Shown: piece after piece, positions 36,499 to 46,055 of the stretch
Position numbering within the stretch: position 1 is the first letter of the stretch
How the letters are laid out: each line of letters begins with the position of its first letter
Source: an uncultured Eubacteriales bacterium
Lineage (GTDB): Bacteria; Bacillota; Clostridia; Oscillospirales; CAG-272
Direction of reading: 5' to 3'
Assembly (NCBI GenBank): GCA_900546315.1
Contig: URCP01000003.1
Location: forward strand, 485-64,484
Length of the DNA: 64,000 nucleotides
The notes under the pieces: generated by a model
Seen by the model: the letters and a program-made list of their open reading frames with translations, nothing else
Databases searched by the model: none
Told to the model about the DNA's origin: nothing
Made by a program: the position numbers and the translations under genes

Positions 36499-38481
36499 TT
36501 ACTTCTTCCAGTACTCACGCGTCGGCATCCAGCAGCAGTACTTAGACGACTCGTCCCATGTCTTTCCGGCGGACGAGTAGTCCACAACCGTGAACTTCTT
36601 CCCGTTCACCTGCGGGACGCTAAACTCGACGATCTTATCGAAGGACGCCTTGTCTGACGGCTCGAGCTCAACATATCCGTCGTCGTCATACGCGATATTG
36701 ACCGCCTCGTCGACGGTTCCGTCAAGACGCGCGTCGCGCGCGAGCACCAGCGGGCCGCGGCGGAGCGCGATATGGAACTTCGCCTCCGGGGTCTCCTCGG
36801 TGACAGTCGGGTACATATAGTCTATATCCCACTTCTTCGCGGTGAGGATTATATCACGTCCGAAGTGCGGAGCGTGAATGACCTTCGCGCGCATATCAAG
36901 AGACAGCGAAATACGATCCCCGTTATGCCAGACGCGTCTCAGCTCGCAATAACCCTTATGCGCGGGGATATTCTCGCCGTTCACCGCGATATGAGTGCGC
37001 TCGCTCCACTCCGGTATTCTCAGCGCGATCGTGAACTCCTCGTCCGAATTCACGCCGACCGTGATGTCGACAAATCCGTCGACCGGATAGAGCGTGTCGA
37101 CGTCGAGCTTCAGCTCGCCCGCGAGCGGAGTTCTCGTCACGATGCTTCCCGGAATATACAGGTTCAGCGCGACGCCGTCCTCGCGGAGCATCGCCGCTAC
37201 CTTCGAAATCATTCCGGTGCCCGCCGAGCCTATGCACGCGCAGCAGCCGTAATAATGCTTGTCGCTCATCAGCTGGAGACCGCCGATGCCTCTTCCGCGG
37301 GTATTCGGGAGCAGCGACGAATAGCTGTCGAACGGGAGCGCCACAGGTATAGCGCCCGGCAGACGCTCAATCGTCTTGCTGTCGACTATCTTCTCGGTAT
37401 TGACCGAACCGAGATAAGCGTTATAGAGAGCCCTCTCGAAGCTGTCCGCGAACTCCACCTCTCCGGTGAGCATAAGAAGCTGCCAGCAGAACTTCATCCA
37501 CGTGACGGTGACGCAGGTCTCCTGCATGATGCCCGCGTAAGCCGTGTCGGTCTGACGCGCCGCGGAGTGGTCGAGCAGCTCGTGCGTGCAGCCCGCGCTT
37601 CCGATAATGGTTATATCGGTCTTCAGGATACGGCGTCCGAAACGGATTACCGCCTGCTTATATCTCTCGATGCCGGTCGCGCGGTAATACTCGAGAAGCC
37701 CCTCGAAGCAGGACATCATCTCATACGCCTTTGTGACCGGGTACTGATACGGATCGGTCTTGTCCTCGTACGCGAGGTCGAAGATATTGCAGATCGACGT
37801 TCCGCCCTCGGAAACTATGTAGGACGCGAAATCGAGGTACTTCTTGTCTCCGGTGAGGTCATAGAGTCTGACGACCGGCTCGAGGATGGACGAGGAATTA
37901 AGACCTCTCCAGCACTCGGACGCGCTCGTTATCGGCAGCTTCCCCTCTCTCTTCGGCCCAAGCTTCGAGATGAGGTAATCACACTGACGGCACATTGACG
38001 CGACGCAGCGCTTCTTCAGATCCTCGTCCTCGCAGATTTCCATGAAATACTGCATACCGAGCATGACATACTTCCGGCACCAGAGATCCCAGCCGTGGAA
38101 CTCTGTCGGAACGGTGAAGCTTGAGATGCGCCCGAACTCATCCTCGGCGGTGAGCATATCCTCGACCGTGTCACACAGAGCCTTGTAGAGCTTCTCGTCG
38201 CGGGTGTAGGCGTATGTGAACGCCGCGCCGCGCATCATCTTGCCCCAGTACTCGCCTCTCCAGCCGTTATTCTCGGAGTCGGTGCGGACCTTGAACTGAT
38301 TGACGAATCTCGCCCAGTTATCGGAGTCGAGGAGCTGGAAATCCTCAACGAAGCGTATCGTCTTATCGAGGATACCCGTGAACGCGCACTCCGCGCCCGT
38401 GTCTGTGAAGAGACGGTCGGTGTCGACGCGCTTTTCATTGACCGTGCCGTGCTCATATAATGTTTCTATTGCTTTTGACAT
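36499..38481 (-). CDS. DUF1680 / glycoside hydrolase family 127-like protein (beta-L-arabinofuranosidase-like)
   Basis: About 660 aa. WRGEYWGKMMRG, ERALYNAYLGS and the cysteine cluster YYGCCACIGS resemble the GH127/146 family. No signal peptide. Confidence 0.65.
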   Translation of the reverse strand: MSKAIETLYEHGTVNEKRVDTDRLFTDTGAECAFTGILDKTIRFVEDFQLLDSDNWARFVNQFKVRTDSENNGWRGEYWGKMMRGAAFTYAYTRDEKLYKALCDTVEDMLTAEDEFGRISSFTVPTEFHGWDLWCRKYVMLGMQYFMEICEDEDLKKRCVASMCRQCDYLISKLGPKREGKLPITSASECWRGLNSSSILEPVVRLYDLTGDKKYLDFASYIVSEGGTSICNIFDLAYEDKTDPYQYPVTKAYEMMSCFEGLLEYYRATGIERYKQAVIRFGRRILKTDITIIGSAGCTHELLDHSAARQTDTAYAGIMQETCVTVTWMKFCWQLLMLTGEVEFADSFERALYNAYLGSVNTEKIVDSKTIERLPGAIPVALPFDSYSSLLPNTRGRGIGGLQLMSDKHYYGCCACIGSAGTGMISKVAAMLREDGVALNLYIPGSIVTRTPLAGELKLDVDTLYPVDGFVDITVGVNSDEEFTIALRIPEWSERTHIAVNGENIPAHKGYCELRRVWHNGDRISLSLDMRAKVIHAPHFGRDIILTAKKWDIDYMYPTVTEETPEAKFHIALRRGPLVLARDARLDGTVDEAVNIAYDDDGYVELEPSDKASFDKIVEFSVPQVNGKKFTVVDYSSAGKTWDESSKYCCWMPTREYWKK

Positions 38482-38525
38482 TTTGTAATTCCTTTCATTT
38501 CCGCAAGCAGAAATTATTCAGATTA

Positions 38526-38554
38526 ATTATATCATCACACGGACTGTTTGTCAA
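38526..38554 (-). promoter_or_regulatory. Consensus sigmaA-type promoter for the GH127-like gene
   Basis: Minus-strand TTGACA (38554-38549), 17-nt spacer, TATAAT (38531-38526). Confidence 0.6.
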
Positions 38555-38584
38555 TGCGTTTTGCGAAATATTCATTGCGTATTT

Positions 38585-39589
38585 TCACCATACAAGCTCC
38601 GCCGTCAGCTTCGGCGAATACTCCATTCCTGTGATCTCCGGTACATCCGGCATTATCTCGTCGTACTCCGCCTTCGTGAGATTCCATTCGCTGTAGCGGC
38701 GGATGATCACACTGAGTGAGAGCACGGCACCTCTGTTTCTCGTACTGCTGAGCCGCGGGTCATCTTCATACACGTCGACGAAAAGACGGCACGTGAATAT
38801 CTCACGCTTGCGGTCGGCATATTTTTCCGGCACGTTCGCGTACGCGTCACCGAGACGTTCTTCGATGATTGTGTTGTACCGCCGCATACTGTCGCTTACG
38901 TCGCCGTTCGTCGTGTCGACGCGCGTTCCGCCCATGCCGTTCGCGGAGAATCTCACGCTGAGCGGAGACTTCCCGAAGCACTCATTGTGCGGCGTATCAA
39001 GCGCCTCAGATGACGGTATGAACCTGAGATTCCCGGTCTTGAGCCCTCTCTCGGTCTCAGCGCAGATAAATTTGCCGTCGACGCTGTCTATAGAGAACCT
39101 TATTCTCAGGAAGCACTTGCCCGTGAAAGTGAATATCGGATCGGCGTAATACGCGTCGTCATCCGTGTCGATCCGGTACGGATTGAAGCCATAGATATGC
39201 TTCAGCTTATCGTAATCCCTATCGCCGCCGTTAATCTTTCTGTCCTCCCAGCCGCGGTCATATTTCAGCAGAGCGCCGATCCGGTACTCCTCTCCCGGCT
39301 CCATCCTCGTCAGCACCCTCTGCTCACCGTCGCGGTAAATGTCAAAATCGTGTCCCCATGTGTATACCTGAACAAGCCTCGAGTAATCCGGCTTTTCTTC
39401 CTCCTGTTTTTTTACCTCAATCTCAAGTCTCGACTGCTTCTTTCTCCATGACATCGAAGACGTCATGAATATCGCGGCGACCATCACCGCGAACGCCAGA
39501 ACCGTCAGCAAAACCGAGCGCCAGAACTCAATTATTATTCTGCCTGTGCTGTCTTTGGCTCCGTTCGTGTACCTTCTCCTCCTTCGCAT
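38585..39589 (-). CDS. Uncharacterised membrane-anchored protein, paralogue B
   Basis: GGAGGTGA SD. Basic N-terminus (MRRRRRY), one TM helix, and a ~270-aa C-terminal domain (topology inferred, presumably extracytoplasmic). Colinear similarity to 39608..40609 (VYTW, YRIGA/YRVGA, YADPI/FADPV, KYADR(K/T)RE, SEWNLTKAEYDE/GAWDLSKAEYDE, TAELV). Confidence 0.75.
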   Translation of the reverse strand: MRRRRRYTNGAKDSTGRIIIEFWRSVLLTVLAFAVMVAAIFMTSSMSWRKKQSRLEIEVKKQEEEKPDYSRLVQVYTWGHDFDIYRDGEQRVLTRMEPGEEYRIGALLKYDRGWEDRKINGGDRDYDKLKHIYGFNPYRIDTDDDAYYADPIFTFTGKCFLRIRFSIDSVDGKFICAETERGLKTGNLRFIPSSEALDTPHNECFGKSPLSVRFSANGMGGTRVDTTNGDVSDSMRRYNTIIEERLGDAYANVPEKYADRKREIFTCRLFVDVYEDDPRLSSTRNRGAVLSLSVIIRRYSEWNLTKAEYDEIMPDVPEITGMEYSPKLTAELVW

Positions 39590-39607
39590 ATAATATCACC
39601 TCCGTCA

Positions 39608-40609
39608 TCACGGCACCAGCTCCGCCGTTATCGTCGGCGAATAATCAACGAGCGACATATCCGGAGCGGTGAAAACAGCCTCATCGTACTCCGCCTTGCT
39701 GAGATCCCACGCGCCGTAATACCTTATTCGCACCTTGAAAGTGGTCTCCGGCGTATTGGGTCCGCGGTTCGCCTTTCCGTGCGGGTCTTTCTTGTAAGCG
39801 CTGACAATCAGATGGCAGGTGCTGACCTCACGCGTGCGGTCGGCGTACTTCTTGTCGACGCCCGGGTAAACGTCCGCGAGACGCTCTGTGGTCACGTAGT
39901 TGTACTGACGCATATCCTCGCTTATCGTTGTGTCGTCGACATTCACCGACACCCCGCCCGTGCCGTTCGCGACCACCTTTACTGTCGTCGGACCCTTTGT
40001 GAAGGAACTCTTCGACGCGCTTCCGCTCGCCTCCCCGGGTATGTACTTGTAATTCCCGGTCTTCGTGCCGACCGCCGTCGGTCCGAACTCATACACGCCC
40101 TCGTCATTGTCTATCGAGAACTTTATGTCGAGATAATTCTCGTAAATGAAAGTGATCACCGGGTCGGCGAAATACGTGTCGTCGTTCGGATCGATCATGA
40201 AACAGTTGTGGAAGAACCTGTCGCTCAGCCGCTCGTAGTCCTCCGCTGTATATTCTCTGTCTTTGCGGTTGCGGTCATATATCTGATGCGCTCCTACGCG
40301 GTACTCGGTTCCGACCTTCATCTTCTCGGCACTGCGCTTCTCGCCGTCGTCGCTCCGGTCATCCGAGTCCTTCCACGTGTAGACTCCGACGACGCCCATC
40401 TTGTCGATGAGCACCTGCATCTTCTTCTCCGCTGCGATCTCGAGCCGCTTCTGCTCCGAGCGCCATGTGTACGCGGACGACTCGAATATGCAGAATATCA
40501 TAACCGCGAACCCGCCGACCGCGATGAATACCGCCTTCCAGAAGCTCCAGAGGAGCGCGCCGACCCCGCCTTCCTCGTCGTCACGTATTCTTTTCCGCCT
40601 GTTTCTCAT
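39608..40609 (-). CDS. Uncharacterised membrane-anchored protein, paralogue A
   Basis: ATG 40609 (MRNRRKRIRDDEE) is 7 nt after AGGAGG. Same architecture as 38585..39589. The track ORF start at 40807 runs through the promoter region. Confidence 0.75.
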   Translation of the reverse strand: MRNRRKRIRDDEEGGVGALLWSFWKAVFIAVGGFAVMIFCIFESSAYTWRSEQKRLEIAAEKKMQVLIDKMGVVGVYTWKDSDDRSDDGEKRSAEKMKVGTEYRVGAHQIYDRNRKDREYTAEDYERLSDRFFHNCFMIDPNDDTYFADPVITFIYENYLDIKFSIDNDEGVYEFGPTAVGTKTGNYKYIPGEASGSASKSSFTKGPTTVKVVANGTGGVSVNVDDTTISEDMRQYNYVTTERLADVYPGVDKKYADRTREVSTCHLIVSAYKKDPHGKANRGPNTPETTFKVRIRYYGAWDLSKAEYDEAVFTAPDMSLVDYSPTITAELVP

Positions 40610-40661
40610 ATCGACACCTCCTATGAAAATCACCCGTCCGGGCATATTTCGTTCTATATAT

Positions 40662-40690
40662 ATCATACCATATGCCGCTATATATGTCAA
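40662..40690 (-). promoter_or_regulatory. SigmaA-type promoter for the paralogue pair
   Basis: Minus-strand TTGACA (40690-40685), 17-nt spacer, TGG-TATGAT (40667-40662). Confidence 0.6.
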
Positions 40691-40794
40691 GATATTCTGA
40701 ACAAAAATATCGCAGATTTTTTTATTTTCGTATTTTGTCGGTCTGTATAACGCGAAAAGGAGCCCGCCGCGCGGAACACGGCAGACTCCATCTG

Positions 40795-42807
40795 TTATTT
40801 TGCGCACGCGGCGGCTTTCACCACTGTCCCGCGTTTCTTTGTGAATACCTGCCAGCCGATCACGACAGCGACAAGCGCAATGCCGATAATGTCGGTAAGC
40901 ACCCTCGGGTCAATGAGCAGCAGTCCTCCGGCCGCCGCCATCACGCGCTGCACGGGATTCATCTTCACGAATATATACCCTTCAAGCGCTGACGCGACAC
41001 CGAAGATGCCGACAAGCGATGTTATGATGATCGACGCGACCTGCATAGGTCCCGTGACGTCGATGAACAGCATCACCGGGTTCAGCGCGAACGCGTACGG
41101 AACAATGAACGCCGCGATCGCGAGTTTCGTCGACTGGAGCGCCGTCTTCATCGGGTTCGACTGCGCTATGGCAGCCCCCGCGTATGCCGCAAGCGCAACC
41201 GGAGGCGTCAGATCTGCGACGATGCCGAAATAGAACACGAAGAAGTGAGCCGCGACAAGCGGTACTCCCATCCTCACGAGTATAGGCGCGCAGGTCGCCG
41301 CCATTATACAGTAATTCGCCGTAGTCGGCACGCCCATGCCGAGCACTATGCAGCAGATCATCGTCAGGAACAGAGCGATGATGACCTGGTCGCCGGCGAG
41401 AGCGACAATACCGTTGATTATCACGTTCGCGAGACCCGTCATGGTGATCGTTCCGGCGATTATTCCGGCGATGCCGCACGCCGCCGCGACCGAGATGGTT
41501 CCCTGTCCGCCCGCCGCGAGCGCCTCGAGGAAGCGCTTCGGCGTGATGCGGTTGCCCTTGTTGAACAGGCTCACGATGACCGCCGCGACAATCGCGATAG
41601 CCGCCGCCGTCTGTATCGTCTTAGTGTTCGACGAGACGAGATAGATAAGTATCACGAGCGGGAGAAGGAGATAGAGCTTCTTCGCGAGCTGCCCGAACCT
41701 CGGCAGCTCACTCCTCGGCACACCGCGCAGACCGAGCTTCTTCGCCTCGAGGTGGACCGAGATGAATATTCCGGTAAAATAAAGTATCGCCGGGAGTATC
41801 GCCATGACGATTATCTCACTGTACGGCTTCGCGACGTAATCCGCCATCAGGAACGCCGCCGCGCCCATTATAGGCGGCATGATCTGCCCGCCTGTCGACG
41901 CCGACGCCTCCGCAGCCGCCGCGAACTCCGGCTTGTAGCCCGTGCGCTTCATCAGAGGAATGGTTACCGAGCCGCTTCCGACCGTGTTCGCGACCGACGA
42001 GCCGGAGACCATGCCCTCAAGCGCGCTCGCCACGACCGCGACCTTCGCCGGACCGCCTGAAAAGCCGCCGACCACGGCGTTCGCCGCCTGAATGAAGAAA
42101 TCCGCGATACCGGTGCGCTCAAGGAACGCGCCGAATATGATGAACACGACAATAAACTTCGAGCATGTATTTATCGGCGTCGAAAGTATGCCCTCCTTCG
42201 AGTAAAAGAGCGAACGGACAAGATAGTTGAGCCGCCCCATGAAGGTCGGGTTCACGAGTCCCCATATCAGCGCGTAAACGATGAACGCCGCCGCGACGAT
42301 GAGTATAGGCAGTCCGACGCTGCGCCGGCACAGCTCCGCGAGAGCCGCGATGCCGACAAGACCGATCAGTATCTGGTACGTCTCAAACTTCGCGCCCTGC
42401 TGGATTATACCATACGCGTTGAACGTGAAGTAAAAGAATGACGCGGTTCCGGCTATCATAATAACAATATCGTACCACGGCATATGATTGACCTTCTGGA
42501 CGCCCTTTTTCGCCGGGAAGACGATATATCCGATCAGAACGATCAGTCCGACAAAGGACGAGAGCCGTATCTCCTCAAGCCAGCTCGCGAAAAGCGTCAC
42601 ATATATGCAGAAAACCGAGAAAAGAGCCAGAACGATCGAGACGATCAGCTTCGGCTTCCCTTCCCATACGCGGGTGTTCGACTCGCGGTCGTACTTTTTC
42701 ATGACCGCGTCGACGACGGCGTCAATATCCTCTTCCGGAGCGGATCCGACAGTTCCGGCGTCGTTTTTCATGACTTCCGCCTCTTTTGTTTCGGTGCCTT
42801 TTGACAT
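40795..42807 (-). CDS. TRAP transporter fused permease (TAXI-type 4TM/12TM fusion)
   Basis: About 670 aa and highly hydrophobic. Follows a TAXI-family binding-protein gene. ATG 42807 (MSKGTE) is well spaced from GAAAGGA. Confidence 0.85.
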   Translation of the reverse strand: MSKGTETKEAEVMKNDAGTVGSAPEEDIDAVVDAVMKKYDRESNTRVWEGKPKLIVSIVLALFSVFCIYVTLFASWLEEIRLSSFVGLIVLIGYIVFPAKKGVQKVNHMPWYDIVIMIAGTASFFYFTFNAYGIIQQGAKFETYQILIGLVGIAALAELCRRSVGLPILIVAAAFIVYALIWGLVNPTFMGRLNYLVRSLFYSKEGILSTPINTCSKFIVVFIIFGAFLERTGIADFFIQAANAVVGGFSGGPAKVAVVASALEGMVSGSSVANTVGSGSVTIPLMKRTGYKPEFAAAAEASASTGGQIMPPIMGAAAFLMADYVAKPYSEIIVMAILPAILYFTGIFISVHLEAKKLGLRGVPRSELPRFGQLAKKLYLLLPLVILIYLVSSNTKTIQTAAAIAIVAAVIVSLFNKGNRITPKRFLEALAAGGQGTISVAAACGIAGIIAGTITMTGLANVIINGIVALAGDQVIIALFLTMICCIVLGMGVPTTANYCIMAATCAPILVRMGVPLVAAHFFVFYFGIVADLTPPVALAAYAGAAIAQSNPMKTALQSTKLAIAAFIVPYAFALNPVMLFIDVTGPMQVASIIITSLVGIFGVASALEGYIFVKMNPVQRVMAAAGGLLLIDPRVLTDIIGIALVAVVIGWQVFTKKRGTVVKAAACAK

Positions 42808-42833
42808 TAACATTTCCTTTCAGTTTATTTTAG

Positions 42834-42888
42834 GGACACACTGATTTAAGGTTGTTTTTCGTGAAAATCAGATTTATTCAGTATATCC
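42834..42888. repeat. Nested-palindrome repeat family 1, copy C (shortened, inverted orientation)
   Basis: ACACTGATTTAAGGTTGTTTTTCGTGAAAA...TTATTCAGTATATCC matches the reverse complement of copies A/B, with the central ~35 nt missing. Confidence 0.55.
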
Positions 42889-42890
42889 TA

Positions 42891-42927
42891 TAAAAGAACC
42901 GGCGGGTAGGACCTGCCTCCCCGCCGG
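42891..42927 (-). terminator. Intercistronic terminator/attenuator hairpin between the TAXI binding protein and permease genes
   Basis: CCGGCGGG (42899-42906) / CCCGCCGG (42920-42927), followed on the minus strand by TTCTTTTA. Confidence 0.5.
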
Positions 42928-42966
42928 CACAGCGTTGTTGTTCCGGGTTATGCCGACCGTCAGCGA

Positions 42967-43926
42967 TTATTCCGCGGTGACGGTGACGCCCTTCTCCGCG
43001 AAGTATTTTGCCGCGCCCTTGTGGAACGGAGCGGTCATGCCGGAGGTCGCGTTCTCTATCGAGAGCTCCGCGCCCTTCGCGTTCTCGGCGGCTATAGCCT
43101 CCGCGTTATCGAATATAGCCTTTGTGATGTTATACACGGTCTCCTCGTCGGTATCCGCGGCAACGATAAGCGTCGCCTTCACCGCGACAGTCACGATGTC
43201 GGTCTCCTGACCGTTATACGTGCCCGCGGGGATCGTGTACTTCGTGTAATACGGGCAGTTCGCCATAACCTTGTCCGCGATCTCGCCGTCGATCGGAACG
43301 AGGGTCGCGCCGGTCGTCGTAGTGAGCTCGGTGATGGCGGGAGTAGGCGGACCCGCGACGATGAACGCCGCGTCGATCTTGCCGTCCTTGAGCCCGTCCG
43401 CGCTGTCGTTGAACGAGAGATACTGCGCCGTGATGTCATTCTCGGTGAGTCCCGCCGCGGTCAGCATATCAATCGCGTTGAAATAAACTCCGGAGCCCGG
43501 CGCGCCGATAGAGACGCTCTTTCCCTTGAGGTCGGCAATCGACTTTATAGACGAGTCCATCGTGACGACCTGAACAGCCTCACCGTAAAGGCCGCCTATA
43601 ACGCGGAAGCCGTCGACTCTGCCGTCCTTAGCGAAGGTATTCGTGCCGTCCCAGGCGTAAGCCATGACGTCCGACTGGACTGTTCCGAGCTGATAGTCTC
43701 CGGAAGCGACGCCCTGGATATTTGCCTTTGAGCCTTCGGTCGAGACCGCGACACAGTTGATGCCCGCGTTATTCTTTATGTACTGACTGAGCACGCCGCC
43801 GAACGCGTAATAAGTACCGCCGGTACCGCCCGTACCCATACGCATCTGCGCCCCGCCGCCGCAGGACACGAGCACCGCGCCGAGCGTCAGGACCGCAAGA
43901 ATCACCGCTAAAATTTTGCGTTTCAT
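42967..43926 (-). CDS. TAXI-family TRAP transporter solute-binding lipoprotein
   Basis: Lipobox LVSCGGG. GTGGTGGTYYAFGGVLSQ motif is typical of the TAXI (TRAP-associated extracytoplasmic immunogenic) family. Confidence 0.85.
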   Translation of the reverse strand: MKRKILAVILAVLTLGAVLVSCGGGAQMRMGTGGTGGTYYAFGGVLSQYIKNNAGINCVAVSTEGSKANIQGVASGDYQLGTVQSDVMAYAWDGTNTFAKDGRVDGFRVIGGLYGEAVQVVTMDSSIKSIADLKGKSVSIGAPGSGVYFNAIDMLTAAGLTENDITAQYLSFNDSADGLKDGKIDAAFIVAGPPTPAITELTTTTGATLVPIDGEIADKVMANCPYYTKYTIPAGTYNGQETDIVTVAVKATLIVAADTDEETVYNITKAIFDNAEAIAAENAKGAELSIENATSGMTAPFHKGAAKYFAEKGVTVTAE

Positions 43927-43975
43927 AATGTTCCTCCGAAAATATTATTTTAAAATGAAATATGAACATACACAC

Positions 43976-44004
43976 ATTATAACTCATTATTCCGGATTTG
44001 TCAA
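43976..44004 (-). promoter_or_regulatory. Perfect-consensus sigmaA promoter for the TAXI-TRAP operon
   Basis: Minus-strand TTGACA (44004-43999), 17-nt spacer, TATAAT (43981-43976). Confidence 0.65.
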
Positions 44005-44199
44005 TAGTTTACGCAAAAAAAATGAAATATTTCTTTCTCAAAAATTCAAATTGCTTCCGAATCAGTCTATATATAACTATAATGTCCTCATTTTTGAGAT
44101 AATCATTGTATTCTAATGCAAATACTTTATTGTTGTCAAGCAGTGTCATGATAACATGGCAGTATTTTGGGCAGATAGCCGGACGCGGTTGCCCAAACG

Positions 44200-44231
44200 A
44201 AAAAAAGGCCGCCGCGCGAAGCGCGGCAGCC
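44200..44231 (-). terminator. Intrinsic terminator downstream of the DUF4091 gene
   Basis: Minus-strand GGCTGCCGCGC-TTC-GCGCGGCGGCC followed by T7. Confidence 0.65.
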
Positions 44232-44271
44232 GGAAATTGCTGATTGATTTTTTCAGACAGTAAGTCTCAGA

Positions 44272-45924
44272 TCAGAGCATCGAGTTGACCTTCTCACGGA
44301 GTTTCAGAATATAATCCTCCTCACGCGGATACTTAAAGAACCCGAGCGGTTCAGCGCAGTCCTCGTCGATGAGAGCGTTCACGGCGTCACGGCCGATCTT
44401 CTCGCCGAGCAGGTCGAGCGCGCGCATATCCTGGAGCGCCTCATAGAAATGAACCGCGTGCAGCGAATATAGCGCCTTTCCGTCCTGTCCCGGATATACC
44501 GACAGCGTATCGCCCGCCGGGACGAAATAATCTCCCGTCGTGTCGGTGAACGGATTCACCGGATGCAGCGAGCCCTGGCTGTACCAGAAGTTGAAGCCCC
44601 ACTGGAGGAAGCCCTTTATGTCGTACTTATAGAGCTGCTCGCCAAGAATACGCGTGCGCACGCCCGGCATCGAGACAAAACGGTTAGAGACGTCGATATT
44701 CTGACCGCAGCAGTAGTACGTCCAGAGATCCGGCACGTGATTCTCGAGGAACGGCGTTATATGGTTGTTCGCCGGAATCGGTGTCGCGACGGCGCCGGTC
44801 GAGTAGAACTCGTAGCTCGAGAGCGCGTCCATCAGGTGATATCCCTCGAGCAGGTCGGAAACGAGCGCCTTCGCCGCCTTGTAGCTCTCAAGCTGCTCAA
44901 GCGTCGGCTCGTCCGAGATGTGGAACCAGCACATATGGTCAAGCCCCTTCTCCTTCAGGTGGGCAAGGAGCGCCGAAACAAACGCGCGGATGAACTTCTT
45001 GTACTCCGGACCGGTCGAATCGGTTTCCCATCCGAAGATGCGCTTATACTCGCTCGAACCGTCGTCCGCGAAGACGGTCGCCATGACCTTCGGCGCGTGG
45101 ATGGCTCCCCACTGAGAGAAAAGATGCGAGATCTCAAAATATTTCATTCCCTTTTCGAGCGCGAGGGACATATATCTGTCAAGACGCGGATAAGCGAACG
45201 AGTACTCCCCGTCCCTCACCTCAATATCGACGAGCTGAACCGTCGGACGCTCGGTGCCGACCGCGGTGTCGAGCGGAGGAGTGAGCACCGGCGTCAGGAT
45301 CATATTGACGCCGCACTTCACTGCCGCCTCCATATAATTTCCTATCAGCTCCCAGTGACGCGGGGAAAATACCGGGCAGTCATAATGCGTCGCGAGGCAG
45401 TCGTTGTGGAACCACTGGGTATGTATCAGCTTCTGCTCCGGGAGCATAGCGTCGACGACATGGATATCTATCGAGCTCTCGCTGACTTCGTTCCCGCACG
45501 CGACGCTGATCTTCAGCGTATAGTCGCCGGGCTTGAGACCGTCGGTGTCCTCGATCGTCACAAGGACAGAGCGCAGCTGGTTATAGACCACGACAAAAGG
45601 CAGCTTCTCGTCAAGAGGCAGCAGCAGGTCAGGGTAAAGCCCCGGCTCGGTGCGCAGATAATTGTCGTCATAGCCGCCCGGATAAGCCGGCATGAAGACC
45701 GGAACCTGCTCTATCTTGAAGAGCTTCAGATTCTCACCGAACGGATTCTCGAGCTTGAGGTCGCAATAAGCCTTCGGGGAGTACCCGTCGGTCGTGTAGG
45801 CGAACTCAAAGGACAGACGCTCGTTACGGAGCATCGAGATCGACTTTATTTCTTTTTTCGAGTCGATCTTCTCATCGAGGAAACATTTTTCCATCGAGGA
45901 TATGAATTTCGTGAATATCGGCAT
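44272..45924 (-). CDS. DUF4091 domain protein (putative glycoside hydrolase)
   Basis: Starts at MPIFTKFISSMEKCFLDE (ATG 45924, GGAAGGA SD), resembling the DUF4091 N-terminus (..SSLEKVF..). The 754-aa track ORF is an artefactual extension overlapping trkH. Confidence 0.6.
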   Translation of the reverse strand: MPIFTKFISSMEKCFLDEKIDSKKEIKSISMLRNERLSFEFAYTTDGYSPKAYCDLKLENPFGENLKLFKIEQVPVFMPAYPGGYDDNYLRTEPGLYPDLLLPLDEKLPFVVVYNQLRSVLVTIEDTDGLKPGDYTLKISVACGNEVSESSIDIHVVDAMLPEQKLIHTQWFHNDCLATHYDCPVFSPRHWELIGNYMEAAVKCGVNMILTPVLTPPLDTAVGTERPTVQLVDIEVRDGEYSFAYPRLDRYMSLALEKGMKYFEISHLFSQWGAIHAPKVMATVFADDGSSEYKRIFGWETDSTGPEYKKFIRAFVSALLAHLKEKGLDHMCWFHISDEPTLEQLESYKAAKALVSDLLEGYHLMDALSSYEFYSTGAVATPIPANNHITPFLENHVPDLWTYYCCGQNIDVSNRFVSMPGVRTRILGEQLYKYDIKGFLQWGFNFWYSQGSLHPVNPFTDTTGDYFVPAGDTLSVYPGQDGKALYSLHAVHFYEALQDMRALDLLGEKIGRDAVNALIDEDCAEPLGFFKYPREEDYILKLREKVNSML

Positions 45925-45979
45925 TTTCGTTTTCCTTCCGTATCTTTGGATTCCGCCGCGCGGCGGTATGCATGAATAC

Positions 45980-46008
45980 ATTCTAACATAAATCCGGGCA
46001 ATTGTAAA
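45980..46008 (-). promoter_or_regulatory. SigmaA-type promoter for the DUF4091 gene
   Basis: Minus-strand TTTACA (46008-46003), 17-nt spacer, TGT-TAGAAT (45985-45980). Shares the 14-nt block CTATTTACAATTGC with the nrdR promoter. Confidence 0.5.
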
Positions 46009-46055
46009 TAGCTGTCCGGATTTTTTTTGAAAATTTTTTTCGTAAAGACGGACTG

